A stretch of 64,000 bases of DNA from Octopus sinensis. Lineage: Eukaryota. The translations under genes were made by a program, and so were the position numbers. Below, piece after piece: positions 40,985 to 51,149 of the stretch. The stretch is from positions 53,816,001 to 53,880,000 of the forward strand of contig NC_043015.1 of the NCBI RefSeq assembly GCF_006345805.1, written 5' to 3'. The number at the start of each line of letters is the position of its first letter. The first letter of the stretch is position 1. Below the pieces are notes generated by a model, which saw only the letters and a list, made by a program, of their open reading frames with translations, was not told the DNA's origin and ran no database searches.

Positions 40985-41400
40985 TCAGTAGTTCTCAACC
41001 GGGGTCCATGTGGGTCCATATAAATACCTGTTGTCATCGGTGCATTAGGAATGGTAGCAAAAGGGGCTGATTCTTATCTAGCTCGTTTTGAGAGCCCACA
41101 CAAGAAAATAGTAAATTGGGGATCCACAATAGTGTCTTAAGACAAATTTCCCGAAGACACCTGATGAAGGTTGGAGGGTATGTCAGCCGAAACATTGCGT
41201 TAACAACAAACAAGATGAGGACAAATATTCGTCAAATGTAAATAATGTAAATAATGTACATAATACCTCTTCTCTTACATTTAGAACTGTTGTGTCTTAA
41301 GACCCCCTGAAAAAAAATTGTATGTGTTAGTATGTATTGCAAGAAAAAGCTAAGTTTCTTTCTCTAACATTTTGCATAAGTTAAAATGTGAAAAACAAAA
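40985..41400 (+). mobile_element. hAT-type MITE fragment interrupted by a PLE insertion
   Basis: Terminus cagtagttctcaaccggggtcc. The sequence resumes after a duplicated gtgtcttaagac. Confidence 0.5.
41144..41291 (+). mobile_element. 148-bp PLE terminal module with minimal hammerhead (41156-41201) and a 12-bp target-site duplication
   Basis: gacac-CTGATGA-aggttgg..tcagcc-GAAA-catt-gcgtt. Flanked by gtgtcttaagac at 41132-41143 and 41292-41303. Confidence 0.8.
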
Positions 41401-41430
41401 TAGGAATTTTGAAAGAAGTTTCTACAAAAC

Positions 41431-41733
41431 CAGGGACTGATTTTTACCTAGCTCAGATACCAAGAAACCCCAAAGTGGCAGATATTCAAAAGATAGTGTT
41501 CATGGGAACTGCCCATATCCTACGCAAAATACTGTCTATGTAATCTCAAATTTTAAAACAAACTCATAATTTTCTTATGATTTCTTAAACATTCTCTAGA
41601 ACAACTCGATCTACAAAACCAAATAAATGGCACCCTAAGTTTAACACTAACTTGAACTTCTAACATGTCTCTTGAGGTCTCTGGTTGAGACTTGGAGTCA
41701 ACTTGTACAAATATAAAGCAAAAGTCAAACATG
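41431..41733 (+). mobile_element. 5'-truncated R4/Dong-type LINE 3' end followed by (AAT)n
   Basis: Translation ..IQKIVFMGTAHILRKILSM*, a 3' UTR, then (AAT)n/(GAT)n. Confidence 0.8.
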
Positions 41734-41864
41734 TAATAATAATAATAAAATAATAATAATAATAATTATGAAATGATGATGATGATGATGATGATAATGA
41801 TGATGATGATGATGATAATAATAATAATAATAATAATAATGATAATAATAATAATAATAAAATA

Positions 41865-41905
<41 letters not shown>

Positions 41906-41964
41906 TAATAAAATAATAATAATATATAATATAATAATAATAATAATAATAATTAATAATAATA

Positions 41965-42006
<42 letters not shown>

Positions 42007-42014
42007 GAATAATA

Positions 42015-42305
42015 CTAGCTCAGAGACCAAACTCTTCAAAAGATAGTGCTCATGGGAACTGCTCATATCCTACGCAAAATACTTTCTATGTAATCTCAAG
42101 GTTTAAAACAAACATAATTTCCGGTTTTTAAAAAATAGAAATTTTTTTTTTTTTAGACATTCATTAGTACAACACCAAAAGCTCCCCCCAAATATATGGC
42201 ACACTAGGCATAGCAACAACATGAACTTCCAACCTGTTGTCTCTTGAGGTCTCTGGGTGAGACTTGGAGCCAACTTGTACAAATATAAAGCAAAAGTCAA
42301 ACATA
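42015..42305 (+). mobile_element. Second 5'-truncated R4/Dong-type 3' end within the first copy's (AAT)n tail
   Basis: ..QKIVLMGTAHILRKILSM*. Aligns with 41450-41733 and is flanked by (AAT)n on both sides. Confidence 0.8.
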
Positions 42306-42576
42306 GAATAATAATAATAATAATAAAATAATAATAAATAATATAATAATAATAATAAAAATAAAAATAATATAATAATAATAATAATAATAATAAAATA
42401 ATAATAAAATAATATAAATAAATAATAATAATAATAATAATAATTAATAATAATATTAATTAATAATAATAATATAATAATAGTAATAATAAAATAGTAA
42501 TAGTAATAATAATAATAATAATATAATAATAATAATAATAATAATAGTAATAGTAATAATAATAATAATAATAATA

Positions 42577-42628
<52 letters not shown>

Positions 42629-42666
42629 GGATGATGATGATAATTATAATAATAATAATAATAATG

Positions 42667-42733
<67 letters not shown>

Positions 42734-42734
<1 letters not shown>

Positions 42735-43274
42735 CCAGGCAGTGGCTCTCATGGCTTCTGATCTTAACTGATTGAAAGTGTTATCATGTACATTGTTTTG
42801 TCTTGGTATAAAAGATGGGCTACAGCAAATATTCTGCTCAATACCACAGATTTGCTTGTCAGTTGTTTGACCTTAACCAGTTGAGCATGTCTCTTAGTGG
42901 CTGACAATATGTGCGTCTCTGATCACGAGCGGAAGTATTGGGGGAGCATCATAGCCATGTGTTGAGAGGGATTCTATGGAGTTTGAATAATTCACCTCTG
43001 GAAACATGGGTGTTTCGTTCAACATCCTTAAACAACCCTTATTCAAGGACCTTTTGAGCGGGATGGGTTACTTGACCAGAAGAAAATTCTAACTGGGCCC
43101 CACCTGCAAGGTCATGTGCTGTTTATATTCATATGAGATCACCATGTCGCACACATATGGTTGTGATGCATGTGCCTGGTGTACCCTTATCAGACGGGTA
43201 GTCATGATGGGTATACTGGGCTTCGTATATTTTACCCCAGTGTCACTTTGATGGCATGCACTGCTCTCTCACTC
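42734..43274 (+). mobile_element. Roughly 540-bp non-coding repeat embedded in (AAT)n (probable retroelement 3' UTR)
   Basis: Second copy at 14221-14501. Both end ..ctgctctctcactc followed by (AAT)n. Confidence 0.75.
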
Positions 43275-43347
<73 letters not shown>

Positions 43348-43444
43348 TAATAATAATAATAAAGTATTCTACAAAAGTATAGTGAAACCTATGAAGTTAA
43401 TGTAAAATTGTTTCTATGAAAAATGAAGACAAAACAAGAATTAA

Positions 43445-43531
<87 letters not shown>

Positions 43532-43689
43532 TATAATATATAAACCACAAAATAGGACAAGACGCAAAACATCCGGACAGTTAGGTGATACAAAAATGGG
43601 ACAACAGAATATCCAGATAGATGATTCAAAGAAAACAAGGACGGGCTATTCGAAGTTTTTTATCTTTAGTCAAGCACCAGATACGGTAT

Positions 43690-44580
43690 TTTGCTCGTTG
43701 ACATTTTAATCAAATCATCCACACGTAATTCTTAAGAACCTAGTCGGTAATGTAGGAAAGCTAATATCATCAATTTCTTCAGATGAGACAGTATTTCAAA
43801 ATGCCGCACCGTATTATAATAATGCATTAAGGAAAAGTGGATTCTCAGAAAACATCAGAATAATCAAGCTAATTCTAACAATAATTGACCACGTAGAATT
43901 AGAACTTGGAAAGTTTGGTAGTTTAACATCTCATTTAATTTTACCGTAAAAACTAATATATGTAGGGAATTCTTAAACTTAGCTTCTAGACATTTTCAAT
44001 CTAGCTATAAATTCTATAGAATTTTTAATAGGAGGACAGTGATTGTTAGTTATTCTTGTTGCAAAACTTCACCTCTTTTATTAGCCAGTATAACACGAAA
44101 ATTATTACAAACAACCACAGTGCCGAATCTTATTTGAGGAACTGCAACTTCAAAGATTGGAAGGTAAATGTCTTGAAAAGGAAATCGTTCATAGAGCTAA
44201 AGTGCAGGTAGAAAACACACAAGAATATAAAATTTACACAGGGGCTTCGGAAAATTCATTCAAGACTTGGTTTTATTCCAATCGAATTTATTTCCGATAC
44301 CGCGAGAGTAGTACAGCAACTAGTATTGCAAAGCATGTCTGAGAATTGAAAGAGAATGACACCCATCCTTTCATTGTAACCTGGGAAATTCTAGAAAAAG
44401 CATCATCATACAGACATGGAGCTTATAAAAGACCCATGAAATGTAATCATTGCCTCTCAGAAAAGTTCTTCATCCTGTTCCAGGATAAACATGTTTTGAA
44501 CCAGAGACGCGAGCTCTAAAATTCCTGCAAGCACGCCGTTAGTTTAAATTGTCAACCAACAATTTACCGTATAGGTAAAA
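43690..44580 (+). pseudogene. Penelope-like element RT C-terminus plus GIY-YIG endonuclease remnant
   Basis: Frameshifted translation SNHPHVILKNLVGNVGKLISSISSDETVFQNAAPYYNNALRKSGF..FTVKTNICREFLNL..IFNRRTVIVSYSC..KIYTGASENSFKTWFYSNR..TSIAKHV*ELKE..VTWEILEKA..KCNHCLSEKFFIL. Confidence 0.88.
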
Positions 44581-44953
44581 ATGTTTTGACTTACGGAAAA
44601 TTAGGACTGTTGTATATGAATTTGACTTTACAACTTATAATTATTTTCTATTATAATGCCAGTGCATATTTCGACTTCACTTTTAAGAAAGCTTTCGACT
44701 GTTTTACAAATTTAAGCTTAAGCTTTACAGAGGTTTATTTTTATTGCTCACTCACACATTTAATTATGTTATATTAATTATTCTTTCATTTTAACATTTT
44801 AATATTATATATACCAGAAAGTTTATTAATGTTTGCGTATATACGTTATGCTGTATATATTTATCTTGATGTGAAGATATGACTCCCTCTATATATATAC
44901 ATGTGTAGGCATGTATGTGTGTATGCATAGATATATATGTATATATATATGTG

Positions 44954-45169
44954 TATATACCAATTAAGGACTGAACACGAAAAGTGGACAGTCAACATGC
45001 TAGATATAGACGTCAAATCGCCATTCTCCACAAAAGATTATGCATTATTGCTTGGTTTTGTGCTGAGTTTGATCTGAGAACATAATCTTTTGTGGAGAAT
45101 GGCGATTTGACGTCTATATCTAGTATGTTGACTGTCCACTTTTCGTGTTCAGTCCTTAATTGGTATATA
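44954..45169. repeat. Fold-back with 89-bp arms (1 mismatch) and a 38-nt spacer
   Basis: 44954-45042 is the reverse complement of 45081-45169; TA-rich flanks. Confidence 0.9.
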
Positions 45170-45258
45170 TAAATAATATTTAATCTTCGGATTTTTTTAA
45201 TATGCTAGACCACTGGTTCTAATTGATAAATATCAATTTCTACCCTAAATTAATTTTA

Positions 45259-45307
<49 letters not shown>

Positions 45308-45338
45308 GTATATATATACGTATATGCATGTATATATG

Positions 45339-45369
<31 letters not shown>

Positions 45370-45839
45370 TTGTATTTTTATATGTATATTTATGTAAATA
45401 TACATATCGTTTTATGTGTGCTTTCGCAACATGAATGAAATATCTAACTTTTGTTAGATACTTATAGGAACGCCAGTCATTTTTCCCATTCTCTCTCATT
45501 TTCCGTTTATTTTCTTTTATTGCATTTTCTGTTGTAACAACTAAATTGTATAAGCATACACCTGGAGGTTTTATGGACGTGCGTGTGTGTGCGTGCTTAC
45601 ATATATATGGATTTGTAATATTTATGTTTTGCTTATATAGGTCTGTATGTATGTAACCATCTACCTATGCCTGTATGTGTAGTGTATATATGTATATTAT
45701 AGATTGCTTGGTAGGTGTTTGTATTTCTAAATGTACATGTATTTCGGCGTGAAATTTTATTTGAACGGATATATATATCTTTTAAATTATTTCTACAACT
45801 AATTATTTACCTTAGGTATCCAGGCCTTTTTCCTTCTAC

Positions 45840-46180
45840 ATAAGCTATTTTTGATACGAGGTTTACTTCGATTTTTATAATAATATGATTTTAAACCGCA
45901 ATTGTTACTTCATGCTACCGGTTATTGTAAAGACCGTTAGTTGAAAGGACCAACGAAACAAAACCATTTTCAAAGGCGTGTCTATCAAAATAATTGGGGT
46001 TTTTTTCTGCATATGACTTCATCTTGCTCCATTCTAAACAAAACTGTCCGATGAACGGGAACGTGAAACTCTGAGTAACAGTTTTCGTGATATTTTTGCT
46101 GCTTTTTAACAAAGCATATTACTCTACCTCTGGTATTTGAGTACTATTTTTTCCACCTTGTTTTGCATTTATGTGCTTAC
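45840..46180 (+). mobile_element. PLE terminal fragment
   Basis: Contains the minimal hammerhead at 46041-46084 and ends in (TA)n. Confidence 0.6.
46041..46084 (+). ncRNA. Minimal type I hammerhead ribozyme, U4C core variant
   Basis: aaactgt-CCGATGA-acg(ggaa)cgt-GAAA-ctctgaGTA-acagttt: 7-bp stem I, 3-bp stem II, near-palindromic stem III, GUA triplet. Confidence 0.7.
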
Positions 46181-46414
46181 TCTGGTGCATATATATATAT
46201 ATATATGGTTTATGAGAGATAATGGTGTCATTGAGACCTGATGGCGTCAGAAAATGCTGTCTAAGTGCTATAGATAGATCATAGTTAAGTTCCAGGTTCG
46301 GTGATTATGCGAATAAGGAGTTCAACGTTGGTCATATGTCAGTATGTGTATATAAAAAAATTTATGAGATAAAAAACCAAGGCTGTGTTTATTTTAGAAC
46401 ATTTAAAGATAGAA

Positions 46415-46569
46415 GGTCTTACAGCTGTTTCCAGGATATTTATTATATCACTTCATTGGAGACGGTGTGAGAAGATGATTAAGAACTATATTAACTATTT
46501 CTCCACTATCCTCTCACACCGTCTCCAATGAAGGGATATAATAAATATCCTTGAAACAGCTGTAAGACC
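46415..46569. repeat. Inverted pair (about 62-bp arms) of hammerhead-shaped PLE termini with a CCAATGA core
   Basis: Right arm gtct-CCAATGA-agggatat(aataa)atatcctt-GAAA-cagctGTA-agac (46521-46568). The left arm is its reverse complement with 3 differences. Confidence 0.8.
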
Positions 46570-46899
46570 TATGTATAAATTTTCTAAAATCTTCAGTCTT
46601 GGATTTTTAATCACATTACGAAAAAAAAGTATATATATACATATATCATATATATATATATTATATATATATATATATATATAATTAATCAATATAGGGT
46701 GGCAAAAAATTTCGTAGAATTTTTTTGCCACCAGCGGCCTAGTGGGAAAAATTAAATAGTCATAGACCATTTATAAGTTCAACATCACGATCAAGGAACG
46801 GCCATAATAGGCCATTCACCCACTAGAAATAACAGCCAAAGCTTCAACCGCAAAATAACATTAATTCCGCAGACCAGGAGAAAATTAAAAAACATTTAC

Positions 46900-47015
46900 C
46901 CCCGTAATTTCTTTATACGATGCACCGTTACATCTATTGTTTAATGGTAAACTAACCTGATTAAATTAAATCAAGCCAATCTTCCATAGGCCGATAGATT
47001 CGTCAGTAAGTACAG
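46900..47015 (-). ncRNA. Type I hammerhead copy (core GTAA instead of GAAA)
   Basis: Reverse complement of 47235-47347, with tagat-GTAA-cggtgcatc-GTA. Confidence 0.65.
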
Positions 47016-47234
47016 CCAGATCGGAACCAGATTTTTCACGAGGCACTTCCGTCCCTGCCTCGGCAATATCTGACCTAAAATTTTCAAATCATCGCACTCG
47101 CGCCAAATTTATCGGCAGCAAATATAAGCCGCCGATTCCATTACGGAATTAACCAGAAAATTCATAATTAATTAATATAGGGTGGCAAAAAATTTCGACG
47201 GAAGTGCCTCGTGAAAATATCTGTTCCGATCTGG

Positions 47235-47347
47235 CTGTACTTACTGACGAATCTATCGGCCTATGGAAGATTGGCTTGATTTAATTTAATCAGGTTAGTT
47301 TACCATTAAACACTAGATGAAACGGTGCATCGTATAAGAAATTACAG
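47235..47347 (+). ncRNA. Type I hammerhead ribozyme with complete catalytic core
   Basis: Stem I ctgta/tacag plus ctta/taag with a 4-nt bulge (aaat); CTGACGA 47244-47250; stem II atcta/tagat extended by gattggcttgatt/aatcaggttagtt; GAAA 47319-47322; stem III acgg/tcgt with loop tgca; GTA 47332-47334. Confidence 0.85.
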
Positions 47348-47717
47348 GGTAAATGCTTTTTTAATTTTCTCCTGGTTTGCGGAATTAATGTTATTTTGCG
47401 GTTGAAGCTTTGGCTGTTATTTCTAGTGGGTGAATGGCCTATTATGGCCGTTCCTTGATCGTGATGTTGAACTTATAAATGGTCTATGACTATTTAATTT
47501 TTTCCCACTAGGCCGCTGGTGGCAAAAAAATTCTACGAAATTTTTTGCCACCCTATATTGATTAATTATGAATTTTCTGGTTAATTCCGTAATGGAATCG
47601 GCGGCTTATATTTGCTGCCGATAAATTTGGCGCGAGTGCGATGATTTGAAAATTTTAGGTCAGATATTGCCGAGGCAGGGACGGAAGTGCCTCGTGAAAA
47701 TATCTGTTCCGATCTGG

Positions 47718-47830
47718 CTGTACTTACTGACGAATCTATCGGCCTATGGAAGATTGGCTTGATTTAATTTAATCAGGTTAGTTTACCATTAAACAATAGA
47801 TGTAACGGTGCATCGTATAAGAAATTACAG
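47718..47830 (+). ncRNA. Type I hammerhead copy (core GTAA instead of GAAA)
   Basis: CTGACGA 47727-47733, GTAA 47802-47805, GTA 47815-47817, same stems as the 47235 copy. Confidence 0.65.
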
Positions 47831-47986
47831 GGTAAATGTCTTTTTAATTTTCTCCTGGTTTGCGGAATTAATGTTATTTTGCGGTTGAAGCTTTGGCTGT
47901 TATTTCTAGTGGGTGAATGGCCTATTATGGCCGTTCCTTGATCGTGATATATATATATATATATGTATGTATATATATATATACAT

Positions 47987-48017
<31 letters not shown>

Positions 48018-48914
48018 CATATATATATATATGTCTGTGTGTGTGTGTATGCTTGTATGTATGAGAGAGAGGGGTGGGAGAATTTGCCTGTTTGCATTTA
48101 GACATAAGCCATACACACAGTCAATAGAAGTAATAAAGCAGGTACATATTTACGTCGGCAAGCAATATACTACTGCCTATCGCATATAATTGCTTAATAT
48201 ATGTTACTGTCGGTTTTGTGTCGAATAATGCCACGGGAAAATATTCACGTCTCTTCAGACATGCTGGCCGGAAGCGCATAGACTCTTTATCGCTGGAGGT
48301 ACAGAGAATCTAACTTGAATTGGCGGCAGCATAACGACAGTACAGAATTTTGAGTGAAAATTTGTTCGACCGATCCAATTTTTTTTTCATTGTTTGATCT
48401 CACTTCCATTTTGTAAATACATATATACTCACACAATTGTCGTTTACCCAAATGAATCAAAACTATTTGATCGGGCCGTGAATATAAAACAAAATACTAG
48501 CAGACGGTAATTTCCAAGAGCATCGAAATGCATCATTCTATTAAGCGACGCTGTGACCTGTTGCCCAATGTTGTCCATAAAGTGATTTACCGTCTTTTTA
48601 ATCGATACATGCTTTATGAAATTGCTTACGATTTTTCTTATAGTATATATTTTCTTTAACGAGTAGCTACGATCACTTCTCTAACAAGATTAAACACTAT
48701 GCATTTTGCGCCATGGATTTTGTCTTTCCCTTTCTGTTATTATTTGTCTATCTGTCCATCTATCTATCGGTCTGCTTTTTCTGTCTGTCTGTCTCTCGCT
48801 TTCTCGTTCTCTCTCTCTCTCTTTCTTTGTCTGTGTGTGTGTGTGTTTCTTTCTCACTCAAATATATAGTATATATATATATATATATATAGATATATAT
48901 ATATATATATAATC

Positions 48915-48960
<46 letters not shown>

Positions 48961-48989
48961 CTTAAGAACGGTTAAAGTGAACCGGTGAA

Positions 48990-49188
48990 CAAGTTAGAAA
49001 AATAACTAAGACGATGGCGGAAGGGTGAGTTAAGTAATAGACGTGAATATAGATACAAATATAGATAAGAAGTACAGAGAGAGACGGGGAGAGAGAGAAC
49101 GATAAATAGGCAGAGAGGGAAACAGAGGGAGACAAAAAACAGACATCCAGAGAGAAAGATGGATAGAGAGAAAGAGCGAGAGAGAGTA

Positions 49189-49224
<36 letters not shown>

Positions 49225-49858
49225 AGAGACTGAAGAGTGCAAAAAAAAGTGCTACCACAGTGGAAGAGATACAATTGAAAATAAAAGAAGGCAAATCAAG
49301 AGAAACTGAATGAACGAAGTGGTTATGGAAAGCGCGGAAAATCAAACTAGAGAGAAAGAAGAAAGAGAGATAGAGACAGTGGAATTTACAATGTGCGATT
49401 GAGTGAAAGAAAAATTGAGCGGGAATATACGAAAATAAAACCAAAGAGCTTGAGGGGTGATGGTAGAATCGAAGAGAGAAGTAATCGAAGATGTGAGTTA
49501 TTTTGTAAAGTATTTTTTAAAAATATATCAAATGGCGCGAAATGAGAGACAAACGACAATGAAAAAGACAAACAAAAGTGCGAAAAAGAACGAAGGAAAG
49601 AATGTTGAAGAGAGAGAAAGAAAGAAAAGGAAGGAATGAAAAAGCGAAACTTAGATGAATGAGTTAGAGGAAGAAGGATAGACATAAGGTGGTGAAGACG
49701 ACGAGGAAGCAAAATTAGATAGAAACGAAAAGAGAGGAGGAAAGCCAAAGAAGTAAATCGAATGAAAACCGACCAGAGTGAAAGAGATGGAGGCAATGAA
49801 GGAAAGTGGCGATACGAGAAAGAGAGAGAAGATACGTGAGAGAGTAGTGGTGGTAGTG

Positions 49859-49895
<37 letters not shown>

Positions 49896-50020
49896 ATGGG
49901 GAGAGGCGAAAGGGAAGCTATTAAAATGGCAATCTTTTCAAACAATGCTAACAGCTGTTTTCAATAAAATTTCATTGAATATTTCAACGGCTCCGTTTGC
50001 CTCAATCTCTGTCTGTTTCT

Positions 50021-50114
<94 letters not shown>

Positions 50115-50160
50115 CTATCCATCCATTCATACCTCAATCTATCTCTCCTCTCTCTATGTA
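48990..50160. repeat. Purine-rich (GA/GAA) tract, (TAG)n and long (CT)n
   Basis: Direct inspection. Confidence 0.85.
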
Positions 50161-50330
50161 TCTTTCGCGCTCTCTTTAACTCCACTTCCCTTGTAGCCTT
50201 CTCTCCTGAGTCAATTTTTCTTCTATCGTTCAATGCTTTTCCTTGATTGTCTCAATTGTAAAGCCAATGCCAATTCGACACAAGACATTCTTTTGCCAAG
50301 TTTTAAGCCTAATGCACACTGACTCCGTAC

Positions 50331-50363
<33 letters not shown>

Positions 50364-50515
50364 TTTCCATATCTTTCGTTCCAGTTCAGCTTCTTACTTT
50401 CATTCAGTGAATTTCTCTCTTTTTGTTTCTTTGTCTCTATGACATTCCCATCTTTTCTCAGTCTCGTTTCTGACACCATCTATCATGAAATCTCTCTCTC
50501 TCCCTCTCTGTTTAT

Positions 50516-50550
<35 letters not shown>

Positions 50551-50555
50551 TATAT

Positions 50556-50657
<102 letters not shown>

Positions 50658-50682
50658 ATCTATACATATATATACATATATA

Positions 50683-50714
<32 letters not shown>

Positions 50715-51049
50715 ATGTATATATATATAACATATATATATATGTATATGTATGTCTAATATATATATACACACACATATATAATATGCACACACACAAA
50801 CACACATACAACATACATATATACATATTTCTATAAATATGTTTATAATCTATCTATCGAACTAGCATCCAATCAATCGATCGATCAATCAATTAATCAA
50901 TCAATCAATCAATAATTCTATCAAATTACCTATCTACGCATCTATCTATCTGTATGTCTAGCTATCTATCTACCTATCTATTTATTTGTCTCTTTGCCTA
51001 CATATCAATCAGTCTATCTATCTCTCCATCCATCTGTCTATCTGCTTGT

Positions 51050-51149
<100 letters not shown>

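Larger units (their letters stand above)
46681..47948. mobile_element. Retrozyme-like element: 483-bp tandem unit with a type I hammerhead; forward array (46681-47197) joined to inverted array (47198-47948), inserted in (TA)n
   Basis: The unit restarts at 47164. From 47198 the sequence is the reverse complement of the unit and runs across a unit junction at about 47568. Predicted cleavage sites at 47334 and 47817 are 483 nt apart. Confidence 0.8.

Noticed and set aside
47335-47817. Monomer length 483 is divisible by 3, suggesting an endless rolling-circle ORF
   Set aside because: All three frames on both strands hit stop codons within the unit, so it is non-coding.
46681-47948. Repeat array as CRISPR-like or simple satellite
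   Set aside because: There are no short repeats with unique spacers and the context is eukaryotic. The intact ribozyme fold and strand inversion are not explained by a plain satellite.
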